In this document: positions 1 to 8,478 of the stretch, piece by piece
Numbering within the stretch: the stretch's first letter is position 1
How the letters are laid out: every line of letters starts with the position of its first letter
Origin: a virus
Lineage: Duplodnaviria > Caudoviricetes
DNA: 55,098 nt
Virus record (IMG/VR): IMGVR_UViG_3300013119_000328
Span: 1-55,098 of that record
Strand: one strand, 5' to 3'
Program-made: the position numbers and the translations under genes
The notes under the pieces: model-generated
Databases searched by the model: none
What the model was told of the DNA's origin: nothing
What the model saw: only the letters and a program-made list of their open reading frames with translations

Positions 1-79
1 CGTATGCTCGCTTTGGCATCTTGGCTGCCTCGTGGACTTTCTGTACTCGTACTTGGATTGGGTCGTAGTCGGCTTTCAT
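1..79 (-). CDS. dut: Probable dUTPase, N-terminus only (runs off window)
   Basis: Not in ORF track. ATG at 79 overlaps the MTase stop (ATGA). Reads MKADYDPIQVRVQKVHEAAKMPKRAY, like the trimeric dUTPase N-terminal '..KL...A.LP.RA' segment. Confidence 0.6.
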   Translation of the reverse strand, partial: MKADYDPIQVRVQKVHEAAKMPKRAY

Positions 80-846
80 ACCTTCTGCTCCTCTGCCGCT
101 TGGGTGTTTGCTAACAGGCTCTCAAGCCTTTTTAGAGATTTGCTTACATACTCCTCGTCGAAATCGCACCCCCTGAACAAACGTCCAGACTTAGCAGCAG
201 CGATCATAGTGCTTCCAGACCCCGAAAAGCAATCAAGAACCACTCCCCCTTCGTCCGTATGAGCCCGGATGATCCTCTCAATGAGAGCGATGGGCTTCTG
301 TGTTGGGTGCCACCCAGCATACTCCTTACTTGTGGTGTGATTGTTTTTAGACCATACATCGGTTGGGATCTTCCCTAAAGGATTATTGCTTGCGCCTGTT
401 CTAACATTCTTCTTCATCTTGTAGGGCACACGAATGTCGTCGGCGTTGAATGGGAAAGTCTTCCCCTTGGAATACATCAAGAGGTCCTCGTGCTTACGAG
501 GGAACTTCTTCTTGGTCCTGCCACCCCAATCATACGCCCAGATGATCCAGTTTTGATAGTGGGACCCATCGATGTTATTGAGGACATCTAGTTTGTATCG
601 TAGGAACGTGTCGTGCTTAGTTGTCCCCCACACATAGAAGCAGCTTTCCGGCTTCATAACTCGAAAGCACTCTCTGGTCCACGCCTGACACCAGTCAAGG
701 TATTCTTGCTCATTTTTCCACTGATTGTCCCACCCATTCTTTACGATCTCAAAGTATGGTGGATCCACACACACGAGATCAACGGACTCATCTGGGATCG
801 TCTTCAGATATTCCAGGCAACCCATTGTCTTCAGGTCGATATTCAT
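76..846 (-). CDS. DNA N6-adenine/N4-cytosine methyltransferase, beta class
   Basis: DPPY motif IV near the N-terminus; HPTQKP and VLDCFSGSG (motif I) near the C-terminus. Start placed at the ATGA overlap with the upstream stop. Confidence 0.92.
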   Translation of the reverse strand: MNIDLKTMGCLEYLKTIPDESVDLVCVDPPYFEIVKNGWDNQWKNEQEYLDWCQAWTRECFRVMKPESCFYVWGTTKHDTFLRYKLDVLNNIDGSHYQNWIIWAYDWGGRTKKKFPRKHEDLLMYSKGKTFPFNADDIRVPYKMKKNVRTGASNNPLGKIPTDVWSKNNHTTSKEYAGWHPTQKPIALIERIIRAHTDEGGVVLDCFSGSGSTMIAAAKSGRLFRGCDFDEEYVSKSLKRLESLLANTQAAEEQKV

Positions 847-1385
847 TTCCATGTACTCATCTCCTTGAACCAAGTTGGCACCTCATTTCGTATCCAATAC
901 AAATCCTGTTTCCCACTCTTACCTCCGTGTTGGCGATATCGGTCTTGCCCTGCAAGGTTATCTAGGATATCTTGTTTCCCGGCCCACCACATTTGAAGGG
1001 AGTCTGGGTTGATTCCCACGAAGACGACTCGGTCGTAGTCTTGGAGCGTGCGGATTTGCTGCCAGGTGAATTGGTTATCCACACCACCCCAAGCCAAGCT
1101 CGTCTTCACTTCGATCTTCATACCTCCGGAGGTGGCACAGATGTCATAACCCTTGCCCGTCCCAGGCATCCTGGTGGGTCGGTTTGTCTTCTTGTGACGG
1201 AGAATAGATTCCCCACAACATTCCTCTAGTACGTCGGCAACTAATCGTTCCCCCCTCACCCCCTTGGCTACTGGGCTGGGGATGTTATAAAACCTTTCGA
1301 ACTTCGACCCACGCCATGCTGCTTCCGCCAGACTGGGCGGTTCGTTGTATGCACTGGTGTTCAAGGCTACCTCTGTCAGATCCAT
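843..1385 (-). CDS. PD-(D/E)xK nuclease, putative type II restriction endonuclease
   Basis: RGERLV helix, GYD...IEVKTS catalytic pattern; coupled to the MTase; RBS AAGGAGG. Confidence 0.65.
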   Translation of the reverse strand: MDLTEVALNTSAYNEPPSLAEAAWRGSKFERFYNIPSPVAKGVRGERLVADVLEECCGESILRHKKTNRPTRMPGTGKGYDICATSGGMKIEVKTSLAWGGVDNQFTWQQIRTLQDYDRVVFVGINPDSLQMWWAGKQDILDNLAGQDRYRQHGGKSGKQDLYWIRNEVPTWFKEMSTWK

Positions 1386-1503
1386 TTGTCCTCCTTCTCC
1401 TTCATAGTACTACTAATGCTCCTTTGTATATCTTTTTTGTTTGGTGCCCGAAATTCACTAGGCAGTAGTCGCCCCGGATTTCATATGCTCTCCTTCTATC
1501 CTT

Positions 1504-1565
1504 ATCTTATCATAGGGAGGTATTTTGTCAAGGGTTTGTTTTGGTTTATTTGTTTTTGTTGCCGG
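1504..1565 (-). promoter_or_regulatory. Sigma70-type promoter with upstream GGCAACAAAAA box
   Basis: TTGACA-N16-TAAGAT with TG extension; CCGGCAACAAAAAC upstream. Confidence 0.7.
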
Positions 1566-1566
1566 A

Positions 1567-2556
1567 TTATGATAGTCTGCGCAAATTCTTTCTCAACGAA
1601 CGAGTGCTAAAGCCCCACTTCGGATCATAGTCAAGACTGGCGATATATACTTTATTTAGGGTGATCTTGTCGTCGTCCTTGATACCCCAGCACTTAATCT
1701 GCGCATCATACGAATTACTATCACACGTTTTCAAAATCCAGAACGGTTTACCATTCTTGGTTTTGCGGACAACTACTTCTCGGGGGACGAACCAGACAAG
1801 CTTTAGATCGGGATCATACTCACTTACAGGGGGACAACCCTTCTCTAAGAGCGATTGCTGGAGTTCTACGGACATAATCTCGTGTAGAGGGAAAATGCCC
1901 GTTAGAGAGGCGAAATTCTCTAGGCGCTCCTCTGGGGAGAAATCCCCCTCGGGAGCATAAAGTTCGATGTTCTCTAATAGGTTCTTCTCCTTACGAGGGC
2001 GATCTACGGCGACCGAAGACCAGAAGTGCTTCATCCCAGTGAAATGGGCGTCCATCAACTCGTCAAGGGCTTGCGACCGGACAAGGATGTCTAGGGCTTT
2101 CTTGTTGAGCTTGGAGTAGATAACCGACTCGCTGAATAGGAACTCCTCGATCGTGTCGAAAGGGCGGTTCATTAGGATCTGCTCGACCGCTTTGTCGCCC
2201 AAACCCTTGATCCCCGTAAGGGGCTGGATGAGCGTCTTGCCGTCTTCGCTGATCTCCCAGACCAACCCAGAATGGTTGACGGAGGGCGAGGTAATCTCAT
2301 AACCAAAGGACTTGGCGGTGGCGATGGCGGACATCTTCTTGGCTTCTGGCTCGGTGTCGAGGAACGAAGCGATCCACTCGGGCTCGTAGTTGTGGAGGAG
2401 CCAAGCGCATTGGAAGGAGATGGCCCCGTAGGCGACCGAGTGAGAATTGCTCGTTAAAACCCCGTTTGCCAAATAGAATTGATGATCTTTGTGTCCTACC
2501 TCCAAATCATAGGTTGGGATCTCACCCACCTCCTCGACTAACTTAATTTTCGCCAT
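1567..2556 (-). CDS. dnaE: DNA polymerase III alpha, C-terminal half, led by a split C-intein
   Basis: 37-aa C-intein, then SHSVAYGAISFQ continuing the FNKSH motif; HhH GIKGLG; OB-fold tail. Confidence 0.93.
   Translation of the reverse strand: MAKIKLVEEVGEIPTYDLEVGHKDHQFYLANGVLTSNSHSVAYGAISFQCAWLLHNYEPEWIASFLDTEPEAKKMSAIATAKSFGYEITSPSVNHSGLVWEISEDGKTLIQPLTGIKGLGDKAVEQILMNRPFDTIEEFLFSESVIYSKLNKKALDILVRSQALDELMDAHFTGMKHFWSSVAVDRPRKEKNLLENIELYAPEGDFSPEERLENFASLTGIFPLHEIMSVELQQSLLEKGCPPVSEYDPDLKLVWFVPREVVVRKTKNGKPFWILKTCDSNSYDAQIKCWGIKDDDKITLNKVYIASLDYDPKWGFSTRSLRKNLRRLS
2446..2556 (-). mobile_element. Split intein C-fragment of DnaE (37 aa)
   Basis: MAKIKLVEEVGEIPTYDLEVGHKDHQFYLANGVLTSN|S: blocks F/G, terminal Asn, Ser+1. 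Confidence 0.93.
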
Positions 2557-2738
2557 CTTCGTAAACCTTTCCTATTTTGTGGATGCCGACAACCCTATTA
2601 TCCACCAAAAGCCTGATTTTGTCAAGTGCCTCTTTCTTTACTCTTCCCGTACTACTCGCACTTCTTTCCATGGCGTGCTATACCACCTGCTGTCTTTGTT
2701 TCTTTTCCGCACTCACAACGATATCCAGATTCTCCTCT
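2543..2738 (-). pseudogene. Remnant of a free-standing endonuclease gene in the dnaE gap
   Basis: An alternate frame encodes zinc-finger-like YRCECGKETKTAGGIARHGKKCE* (stop 2652-2654). A second short ORF (2671-2543) ends VKKEALDKIRLLVDNR...EDGEN*, overlapping the C-intein start. Confidence 0.55.
2597..2625 (-). promoter_or_regulatory. Sigma70-type promoter for the dnaE C-half
   Basis: TTGACA-N17-GATAAT in the gap between the dnaE halves. Confidence 0.7.
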
Positions 2739-3010
2739 AAGACTCTCTGAATAGGAAGCATTCTTCCGCACTCTGTTCTGAACTTGTGATCCATAGTACA
2801 CTCTATGCTTCTCCCATCGTCAAGCGTGAAACGGAACACCTTCTTCGTTCCGTTGTTGTGGTTCTTCAACACAGGTACCAAAAGGTCGGCTCCCGTATTT
2901 TCGTCCCGAGATCTCACCAGGTCGCCCTCTGATACCTCACAGATGGGCAGGTCAGCAATCACTTCCCCACCACTACTATAAACAGTCACGAGTTCAGAAA
3001 AAGACAAACA
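2678..3010 (-). mobile_element. Split intein N-fragment of DnaE (110 aa)
   Basis: CLSFSELV block A; IECTMDHKF block B (TxxH); stop with no block F/G. Confidence 0.93.
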
Positions 3011-5617
3011 TTGATTGAAAGAGTAGCCCGAGAAGTAAATCATCTTTTGCCACAAGTCATCAAGTTGCGCCTGCTTGAACCCCTTCGCTAGTCCGCCCTT
3101 GTCGAACTTTCCTCGCAGAGCCTCCTTGACCTCTTGGGTCTTGCCTGTGCCCTTCTTCGTGAGAACCTTGCGGAGCATGTTGCCCTCGTCAAGTGTTAGT
3201 CCCTCGCCGATCTTGTGGGCTAGCATCGCTAACTGCTCTTGGAAAACCAACAACCCATAGGTGTCCCCAAGGACCTCCTTGATGATCGGGTGATCGTAGG
3301 TGACCTGCTTCGGGTTCTCCTTGTTGGCGACATAGAGTTTATGGACGTTTGCTGATAAAGGTCCGGGTCGGTAGATCGCTGTGATGGCGGCGAAGTCCTC
3401 AAGGGAGGTTGGTCGTGCCTCTTGGCAGAACTTCTGGGCTCCTCCGTTTGTCATCTGGAAGATGCCAGCCCACTTGCCTCTGTGGAAGATGCTCTTCCAG
3501 ACCTCTTCGTCGTTAAAATCTAGTACATCGGGGTGGAGGTTCTTGTTGTAGAAATCTCTTACTTGCCCGAATGATGGGTCGGGAATGTTGTGGTGGCGCT
3601 TTAGGATGTGGCGGATGGCTCCGCTGATCATGCGGAGAGTGGAGAGACCAAGGAGATCGAACTTGATGAAGCCGAGTGGTTCCAAGTGGCGAACGTTTTG
3701 ACCCTCTGCCCACGGGGCTTGGATTGTCCCGCCAGAGTTGATCAAGGGCATATGGCGGTCAAGGTTCTCCGTGACCAGCACACCTCCGGCGTGGCGGCTG
3801 GTGCTCCGGATGTTGCCGAAAAGGACATCAACGTGGGTGGCGATTTGTGGGTGCTTCTCGAAGAACGCTTGAAGCGACTCGCTGTACTCCTTCACCTCGC
3901 TGAACGTAGGGACATAGACGCCAGCCGTGATGCCGTGGGCTTTCTTGGCTTTTGGGGTCGCCTCGCCCATCATAGCGCCTGTGACCTTGTTGACCTCCAT
4001 AAACGGGACATCATAGAACTTGCCAAGGTCCTTGAGGAGCGATCGGAGTTGGAGCGTGTTGAAGTTACTGATGGGGACAACCGTTGTCTCACCCCAGTCG
4101 TCTTGGAGGGCTCGGACGAGATCCATTCTCGATTCGTAATCGCTATCGATGTCCGGGTACCCTGATCCGCCCTTCGTCAGGAACCTCTCGAACTGAAGGT
4201 TGTACTTGATTGGGTCAATCTGGGTGATGTTGAGGACATAGGCAAGGAGGGAGCCCCCCGCTGATCCTCGTCCGAGACCCACGAGCATCATGTCTTGGGC
4301 TTTGTCGTTGATGGCTTTCATCGTCAGGAAGTATTGAGAGAACCCTCGGGTGTCGATGATGTCGATCTCGTATTTGAGGCGCTCGACATACTCCTTGTCG
4401 GTGTGGAGTTCTTTCTCTTTTAGCCCGCTGATGGCTAGCTCCGTGAGGGCTTGGGTGGCTGTTTTGCCCTCGGGGATCACGAACTCTGGAAGGCGAACGG
4501 TGGCGTCTGGTAAAAAGTCCTCAATGCGATCATAGGCGATGTCATGAGTGCGAGTGATAGACGCCAAAACAAAGTCGTCGTCATACTCTACTTTGGACCG
4601 GGATGAGTACTTCTTGTAACTCTCCCACATTTGGTCGCCGTTCTTTGGGTAGAGTTCGTAGCCGATGTCCTCTACTGACTCCGGGAGAAGGTTGGCGTCC
4701 TCGCCCCACGCAGGGGCTTTGCCCGCCCAGCCGATGCGCTTATACATCTCTCGGTCTTTCCAGAGTTCAGGGCGAGGATAGTGGCTATCTGCCGTGCTGA
4801 TGACTTGGATGCCGAGTTCGATGCAGACTTGGATCACATAGTTGTTGAGTTCGTGTTGTTCCGGTACATCGTTCCACTGGACCTCCCCATAGAAGCGGTC
4901 GCCGAAGATGTCTTTGAAGCGGGTGGCGGTGGCTCGCATTGCCTCAAGGACGTGGTCGGGCGATTTATCCTTGTTACGCCACATGTCATTAGCTAAGACC
5001 CCGGAAAGGCAGGCACTTGAGACAATCAACCCCTCGTTGTACTCCTCAAGCATCTCGAAGTCCATACGAGGGTAGCGATAGAAGTTTTCGGGGCGATAAC
5101 TATCGCTTACTAACTGAAAAAGGTTGTTGAGCCCAACCTGATTCTGGGCGACGATGACGAGATGAGAGCGGTTGTTCAAGGGGTTAAACTTTCGTCTTCC
5201 CTTGTCCTCCTCCTCGACGACCATCTTGAACTCCTCCTTCTTTTGCTTCTTGGAGTTCGCCTGATGCTCGTCTCGCATCACTCGCCACTTCTTGTGGCTC
5301 GGGATGAAGTAGGTTTCACAGCCATAGATGGCTTTAAACTCTTTGCCGCCTTTCCTCATCTTTTTGAGGTGCTCTACTTGGTACGAGAGCCCGTTCATGT
5401 GTCCATGGTCGGTCATCGCTAATGCTCGCATTCCATTCTCGTGGGCAAACTCCATATGTTCTTTCGGCATTCCGAGTCCGTCAAAAGGAGACATCCCGCT
5501 GTGTGCGTGAAGTCCTACGAAGGGGATCGTGGAAGTGATGCGATCGGGCTTGGTCTGCATAGGCGACCTTCCTTTGTTGTTCTCTAACTGTTCTTTATTG
5601 TAAGCGAAGACCGCCAT
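2678..5617 (-). CDS. dnaE: DNA polymerase III alpha, N-terminal half (PHP + polymerase), ending in a split N-intein
   Basis: PHP motifs LHAHS, TDHG, GCETY, ADSHY; GRGSAGGS; PDIDSD; KFDLLGL; GYSFNQ|CLS junction. Alternative start at 5560. Confidence 0.95.
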   Translation of the reverse strand: MAVFAYNKEQLENNKGRSPMQTKPDRITSTIPFVGLHAHSGMSPFDGLGMPKEHMEFAHENGMRALAMTDHGHMNGLSYQVEHLKKMRKGGKEFKAIYGCETYFIPSHKKWRVMRDEHQANSKKQKKEEFKMVVEEEDKGRRKFNPLNNRSHLVIVAQNQVGLNNLFQLVSDSYRPENFYRYPRMDFEMLEEYNEGLIVSSACLSGVLANDMWRNKDKSPDHVLEAMRATATRFKDIFGDRFYGEVQWNDVPEQHELNNYVIQVCIELGIQVISTADSHYPRPELWKDREMYKRIGWAGKAPAWGEDANLLPESVEDIGYELYPKNGDQMWESYKKYSSRSKVEYDDDFVLASITRTHDIAYDRIEDFLPDATVRLPEFVIPEGKTATQALTELAISGLKEKELHTDKEYVERLKYEIDIIDTRGFSQYFLTMKAINDKAQDMMLVGLGRGSAGGSLLAYVLNITQIDPIKYNLQFERFLTKGGSGYPDIDSDYESRMDLVRALQDDWGETTVVPISNFNTLQLRSLLKDLGKFYDVPFMEVNKVTGAMMGEATPKAKKAHGITAGVYVPTFSEVKEYSESLQAFFEKHPQIATHVDVLFGNIRSTSRHAGGVLVTENLDRHMPLINSGGTIQAPWAEGQNVRHLEPLGFIKFDLLGLSTLRMISGAIRHILKRHHNIPDPSFGQVRDFYNKNLHPDVLDFNDEEVWKSIFHRGKWAGIFQMTNGGAQKFCQEARPTSLEDFAAITAIYRPGPLSANVHKLYVANKENPKQVTYDHPIIKEVLGDTYGLLVFQEQLAMLAHKIGEGLTLDEGNMLRKVLTKKGTGKTQEVKEALRGKFDKGGLAKGFKQAQLDDLWQKMIYFSGYSFNQCLSFSELVTVYSSGGEVIADLPICEVSEGDLVRSRDENTGADLLVPVLKNHNNGTKKVFRFTLDDGRSIECTMDHKFRTECGRMLPIQRVLEENLDIVVSAEKKQRQQVV

Positions 5618-5626
5618 AAAGTCAAC

Positions 5627-6004
5627 CTATTCTTCGGGCTTTTCTTCTTTTTCTTTCTGCCCGTAAACCATCTGCTCTCCGTCTTCGAAGGTGATGGTGG
5701 TTATGTTGGTTGGGTGGGGACCGATGTGGGTGCTGATGAAGTCGCCCATCGACTCAAAGATGGCTATGGAGCCCTTGGGCGGAGGGAGGAGCCAGTGAAG
5801 GACAACGGCTCCCGTCGCATAGAGTACACCTTCGATGATGACGCCCGTCCCGCTGACTCCTGACTCATCATTTTGGCGATGGACGGTGAAAGTGCGGATG
5901 CCTCGGGGGGCTGTGCGTGCTGGTGGCTTAGGGCGAAGATCCTCTGCCTCAGCAACCGCTTCCTCTGAGGTTTCGAATGCCCCTCTGTTTCCTTCATCGA
6001 CCAT
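5627..6004 (-). CDS. Conserved-looking phage hypothetical protein
   Basis: RTFTVHRQNDESGVSGTGVIIEGV motif; operon position. Confidence 0.7.
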   Translation of the reverse strand: MVDEGNRGAFETSEEAVAEAEDLRPKPPARTAPRGIRTFTVHRQNDESGVSGTGVIIEGVLYATGAVVLHWLLPPPKGSIAIFESMGDFISTHIGPHPTNITTITFEDGEQMVYGQKEKEEKPEE

Positions 6005-6007
6005 AAA

Positions 6008-6295
6008 CTAACTCCCCGTAATGATGCACATTACATAGTTCGCTGGGACCATAATGATCTCTTCGTTGCCTATGACGACCTTTTCGATCATATGGGTGAG
6101 AATGATGATCTCGTGCCCGACCTCTAAACCCGCTGGGCTCTCAACATCTTGGGCGATCGCAGTGACCACCGCTCGTGTATACTCGCTCGGAGGCTTGGCG
6201 TCCTCTGGCAAAATGAATGATCGGGTTTCCACTTCCTTGGCGGTCTCTTCGACTACCTCGATCAATAGTCTCTTGTTTGCTGGGTTGATTTTCAC
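6008..6295 (-). CDS. groES: GroES/gp31-like co-chaperonin
   Basis: KINPANKRLLIE, FILPEDAK mobile-loop-like segment, AVVTAI, LEVGHEII. GTG start overlaps the upstream TGA. Confidence 0.7.
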   Translation of the reverse strand: MKINPANKRLLIEVVEETAKEVETRSFILPEDAKPPSEYTRAVVTAIAQDVESPAGLEVGHEIIILTHMIEKVVIGNEEIIMVPANYVMCIITGS

Positions 6296-6507
6296 TTCAA
6301 CTTCTCCCATTGTAGTTGTGCTGTTCTGAATGTCTTTTCGGTCATAATCGACCACTCTCTCTCGTTGCAGTGTTTGCAGTATGCCTCTACTGCTACATCT
6401 CGTCCAAATCGCCTTGTTTGTGATGTGGGCACCCAAGCGTGCTTGTCTGCGCTTGGGCATTCGCTCTCGTTGTATTTGTCTGGCATAAAATGATTGAAGT
6501 TAGACAT
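6292..6507 (-). CDS. Small Cys/His zinc-ribbon-like hypothetical protein
   Basis: ECP...HAW...YCKHC; RBS and promoter upstream. Confidence 0.7.
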   Translation of the reverse strand: MSNFNHFMPDKYNESECPSADKHAWVPTSQTRRFGRDVAVEAYCKHCNEREWSIMTEKTFRTAQLQWEKLK

Positions 6508-6529
6508 GTATTTCCCCTTCCGTCTTTCT

Positions 6530-6579
6530 ATTCTACTCTACTATTCTCGTTTTGTAAAGGTCTTTTCTTTTGTTGCCGG
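6530..6579 (-). promoter_or_regulatory. Sigma70-type promoter with GGCAACAAAA box
   Basis: CCGGCAACAAAAGAAAAGACC-TTTACA-N17-TAGAAT. Confidence 0.65.
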
Positions 6580-6821
6580 GTAATGGGTGATGGTGATTGA
6601 GCCGTCTTCGTATTCTGTGGCGAGCATCCGTTGGCCGGTGGTGAATAGGGCTGTCCAATAGGTGGCTGATGCTATCCTTGGTTGGATGTTTGCTTCTCTG
6701 CGGAACCACTCATGCCTCTTCGCCCCCAAGCGATTGAAAGTGGCTTGCCGACGAGGACATCACCTTGGGGACTGAGATAGAACTCATAGGTCTGTGCGGG
6801 TTGGCGTAATAGTTCGCTCAT
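6541..6821 (-). pseudogene. Hypothetical gene apparently split by a -1 shift at a G5 run
   Basis: ATG 6821 (ATGA-coupled) opens a 49-aa ORF. The -1 frame is open from the G5 run (6723-6727) to 6541 and has no convincing start of its own. Confidence 0.4.
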
Positions 6822-8092
6822 CTTCCTGCTTCTAAGGTGGCTCGCTCTTCTTCTGATACTCGCTCTAATTCTAGCGGCTGGAAGACCACAACTGCGTCAA
6901 AATAACGACCCTTGACAAACATCCCTAGGTTGTAGGACTTGATCTTCTCGTAGAGTTTCTGAAGTCCGCCAGAAGGACCCTTGATGGAGAATCCGTCGAC
7001 TGGGTCGCGGAACTGATCCTTGAGGTCGTCAGGATCCACAAGCGGATCGTAGATCTCATCGAGAGGGACCGAAACGCGATAGAGAGAATAGCCCGCACGG
7101 AAGAGGTGCTCCCTTTGGGTCGGATCCACATAGAAGAAGGTTCGTGGGGTCGTGACGCTCTCCATCTCTCGCCGAGAGTGCGTCTGTGACTTAAACTTGG
7201 GGTCTGTGGTGAATCGCTCGCCGAGTGACTCGTCGGCGTAGTGATAAAGAGTGATCTGGTTGCCTTGGGCGTAATCCTTGAGATAGTGGCGAGCTTCTGA
7301 TAAAATGGCGACCATCTCACGGAGTTCACGGAATTTAGTGCGACCGACGTTTAGGTGGTGCCAGTGACTCTTCGGAGGGACGCTGTCGTATAGGGCTGCC
7401 CTGGAATGCTCGCGAATCTCGGAAAGTAGCCCATTTACAGATGGGTTACATAGCTCATTTAGCCCCGCAAGATGATCCCCTTGGGCGAAGTCCTTCACTT
7501 GTGCTTCTTCTAGCTCATAGCCGTCATCAAAGAAAGGAATAAGGAACTTGCGACCAGCAGACTGACGCTCCTGAGAGTAGTTGGGACTCTCTGGGTCAAC
7601 TTCGTCGCCGAACAAAACTGCTGTGCGCTTGTTCGTCGTCTCTCCGCTGAATCTCGCTAAGGTGTCGTCTGTTGCTGGTGAGGTCTCCTTGATGTGCTCA
7701 ATGTACTCGAACTCATAGCTGTTGTCGGACTGCTTGGTTCCCCACACGACTGACTCCTGACGGAACATGCCAGCAAAACGAATCAACTCATCTCGGGAAA
7801 TGTTCGGGACCATGAAAGATCGCTCAAGGTCGCCGAAGCGACCACGAATACGAATAGGACCATAGCCACGAGAGCGCAGACCCGCCATCAACTGCTTGTT
7901 GCTGGCTACATTCTCCTTCTTGGGGAGTTCGGCGGCATACTCGCCACCCTCCGGCTTTGGGTTCCAGGCGGTGATGAAGCCGACCGAACTCACAGAGCCC
8001 ACGTTCCCCTGAAGGATGTTCTTGATCCTGTTGAAACCCGATTCGGTCAACCGGAACTCTCGCCACTTCTGAAATGTGTCTTTGATCGTCAT
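6818..8092 (-). CDS. Two-domain late protein: DUF3293-like N-domain plus possible ADP-ribosyltransferase-fold C-domain
   Basis: GFITAWNP...ERSF...FRQESVVW; then ITLYHY...RTFFY...LYRVSV. CTATTTA motif upstream. Confidence 0.5.
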   Translation of the reverse strand: MTIKDTFQKWREFRLTESGFNRIKNILQGNVGSVSSVGFITAWNPKPEGGEYAAELPKKENVASNKQLMAGLRSRGYGPIRIRGRFGDLERSFMVPNISRDELIRFAGMFRQESVVWGTKQSDNSYEFEYIEHIKETSPATDDTLARFSGETTNKRTAVLFGDEVDPESPNYSQERQSAGRKFLIPFFDDGYELEEAQVKDFAQGDHLAGLNELCNPSVNGLLSEIREHSRAALYDSVPPKSHWHHLNVGRTKFRELREMVAILSEARHYLKDYAQGNQITLYHYADESLGERFTTDPKFKSQTHSRREMESVTTPRTFFYVDPTQREHLFRAGYSLYRVSVPLDEIYDPLVDPDDLKDQFRDPVDGFSIKGPSGGLQKLYEKIKSYNLGMFVKGRYFDAVVVFQPLELERVSEEERATLEAGR

Positions 8093-8138
8093 CGCTATAC
8101 TTCTCCCTTTGTCGTCAAGATGTCTCCCCTAAATAGGA

Positions 8139-8405
8139 TCATCTTGCAACAAACCGCCCCAAGTATGCAACCTTCTCCAACCTCTTGATTTCGATCGGAT
8201 GGAGTTCGTTGGCTCGATAGGTGTGCTTTTTGTAGTCCTTCTTGGTCATATCCTCTCTGTGGGCTACTCTGCTCTCATAAACTCCATCATCAAACCAAGT
8301 CACTTTGAACTCTGCCCACCCATCGATGATCTCCTTCGAGGTGATCCTTCCGAATCGTAAAAGTCCATTGTAAGAATTCCAAACGCTACTTCCGATGTCT
8401 AACAC
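8139..8405 (-). CDS. Hypothetical protein, SH3-like beta pattern
   Basis: GTG start after AAGGAG; MLDIGSSVW...FGRIT...FKVTW. Promoter TTAACA-N16-GATAAT at 8431-8458 with GGCAACAAG box. Confidence 0.7.
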   Translation of the reverse strand: MLDIGSSVWNSYNGLLRFGRITSKEIIDGWAEFKVTWFDDGVYESRVAHREDMTKKDYKKHTYRANELHPIEIKRLEKVAYLGRFVAR

Positions 8406-8478
8406 ATTCTCTTCTCCTTTTCGTAACATCATTATCTCACAAATTTGGCTTTTGTTAAGTCTTTTTCTTGTTGCCCGA

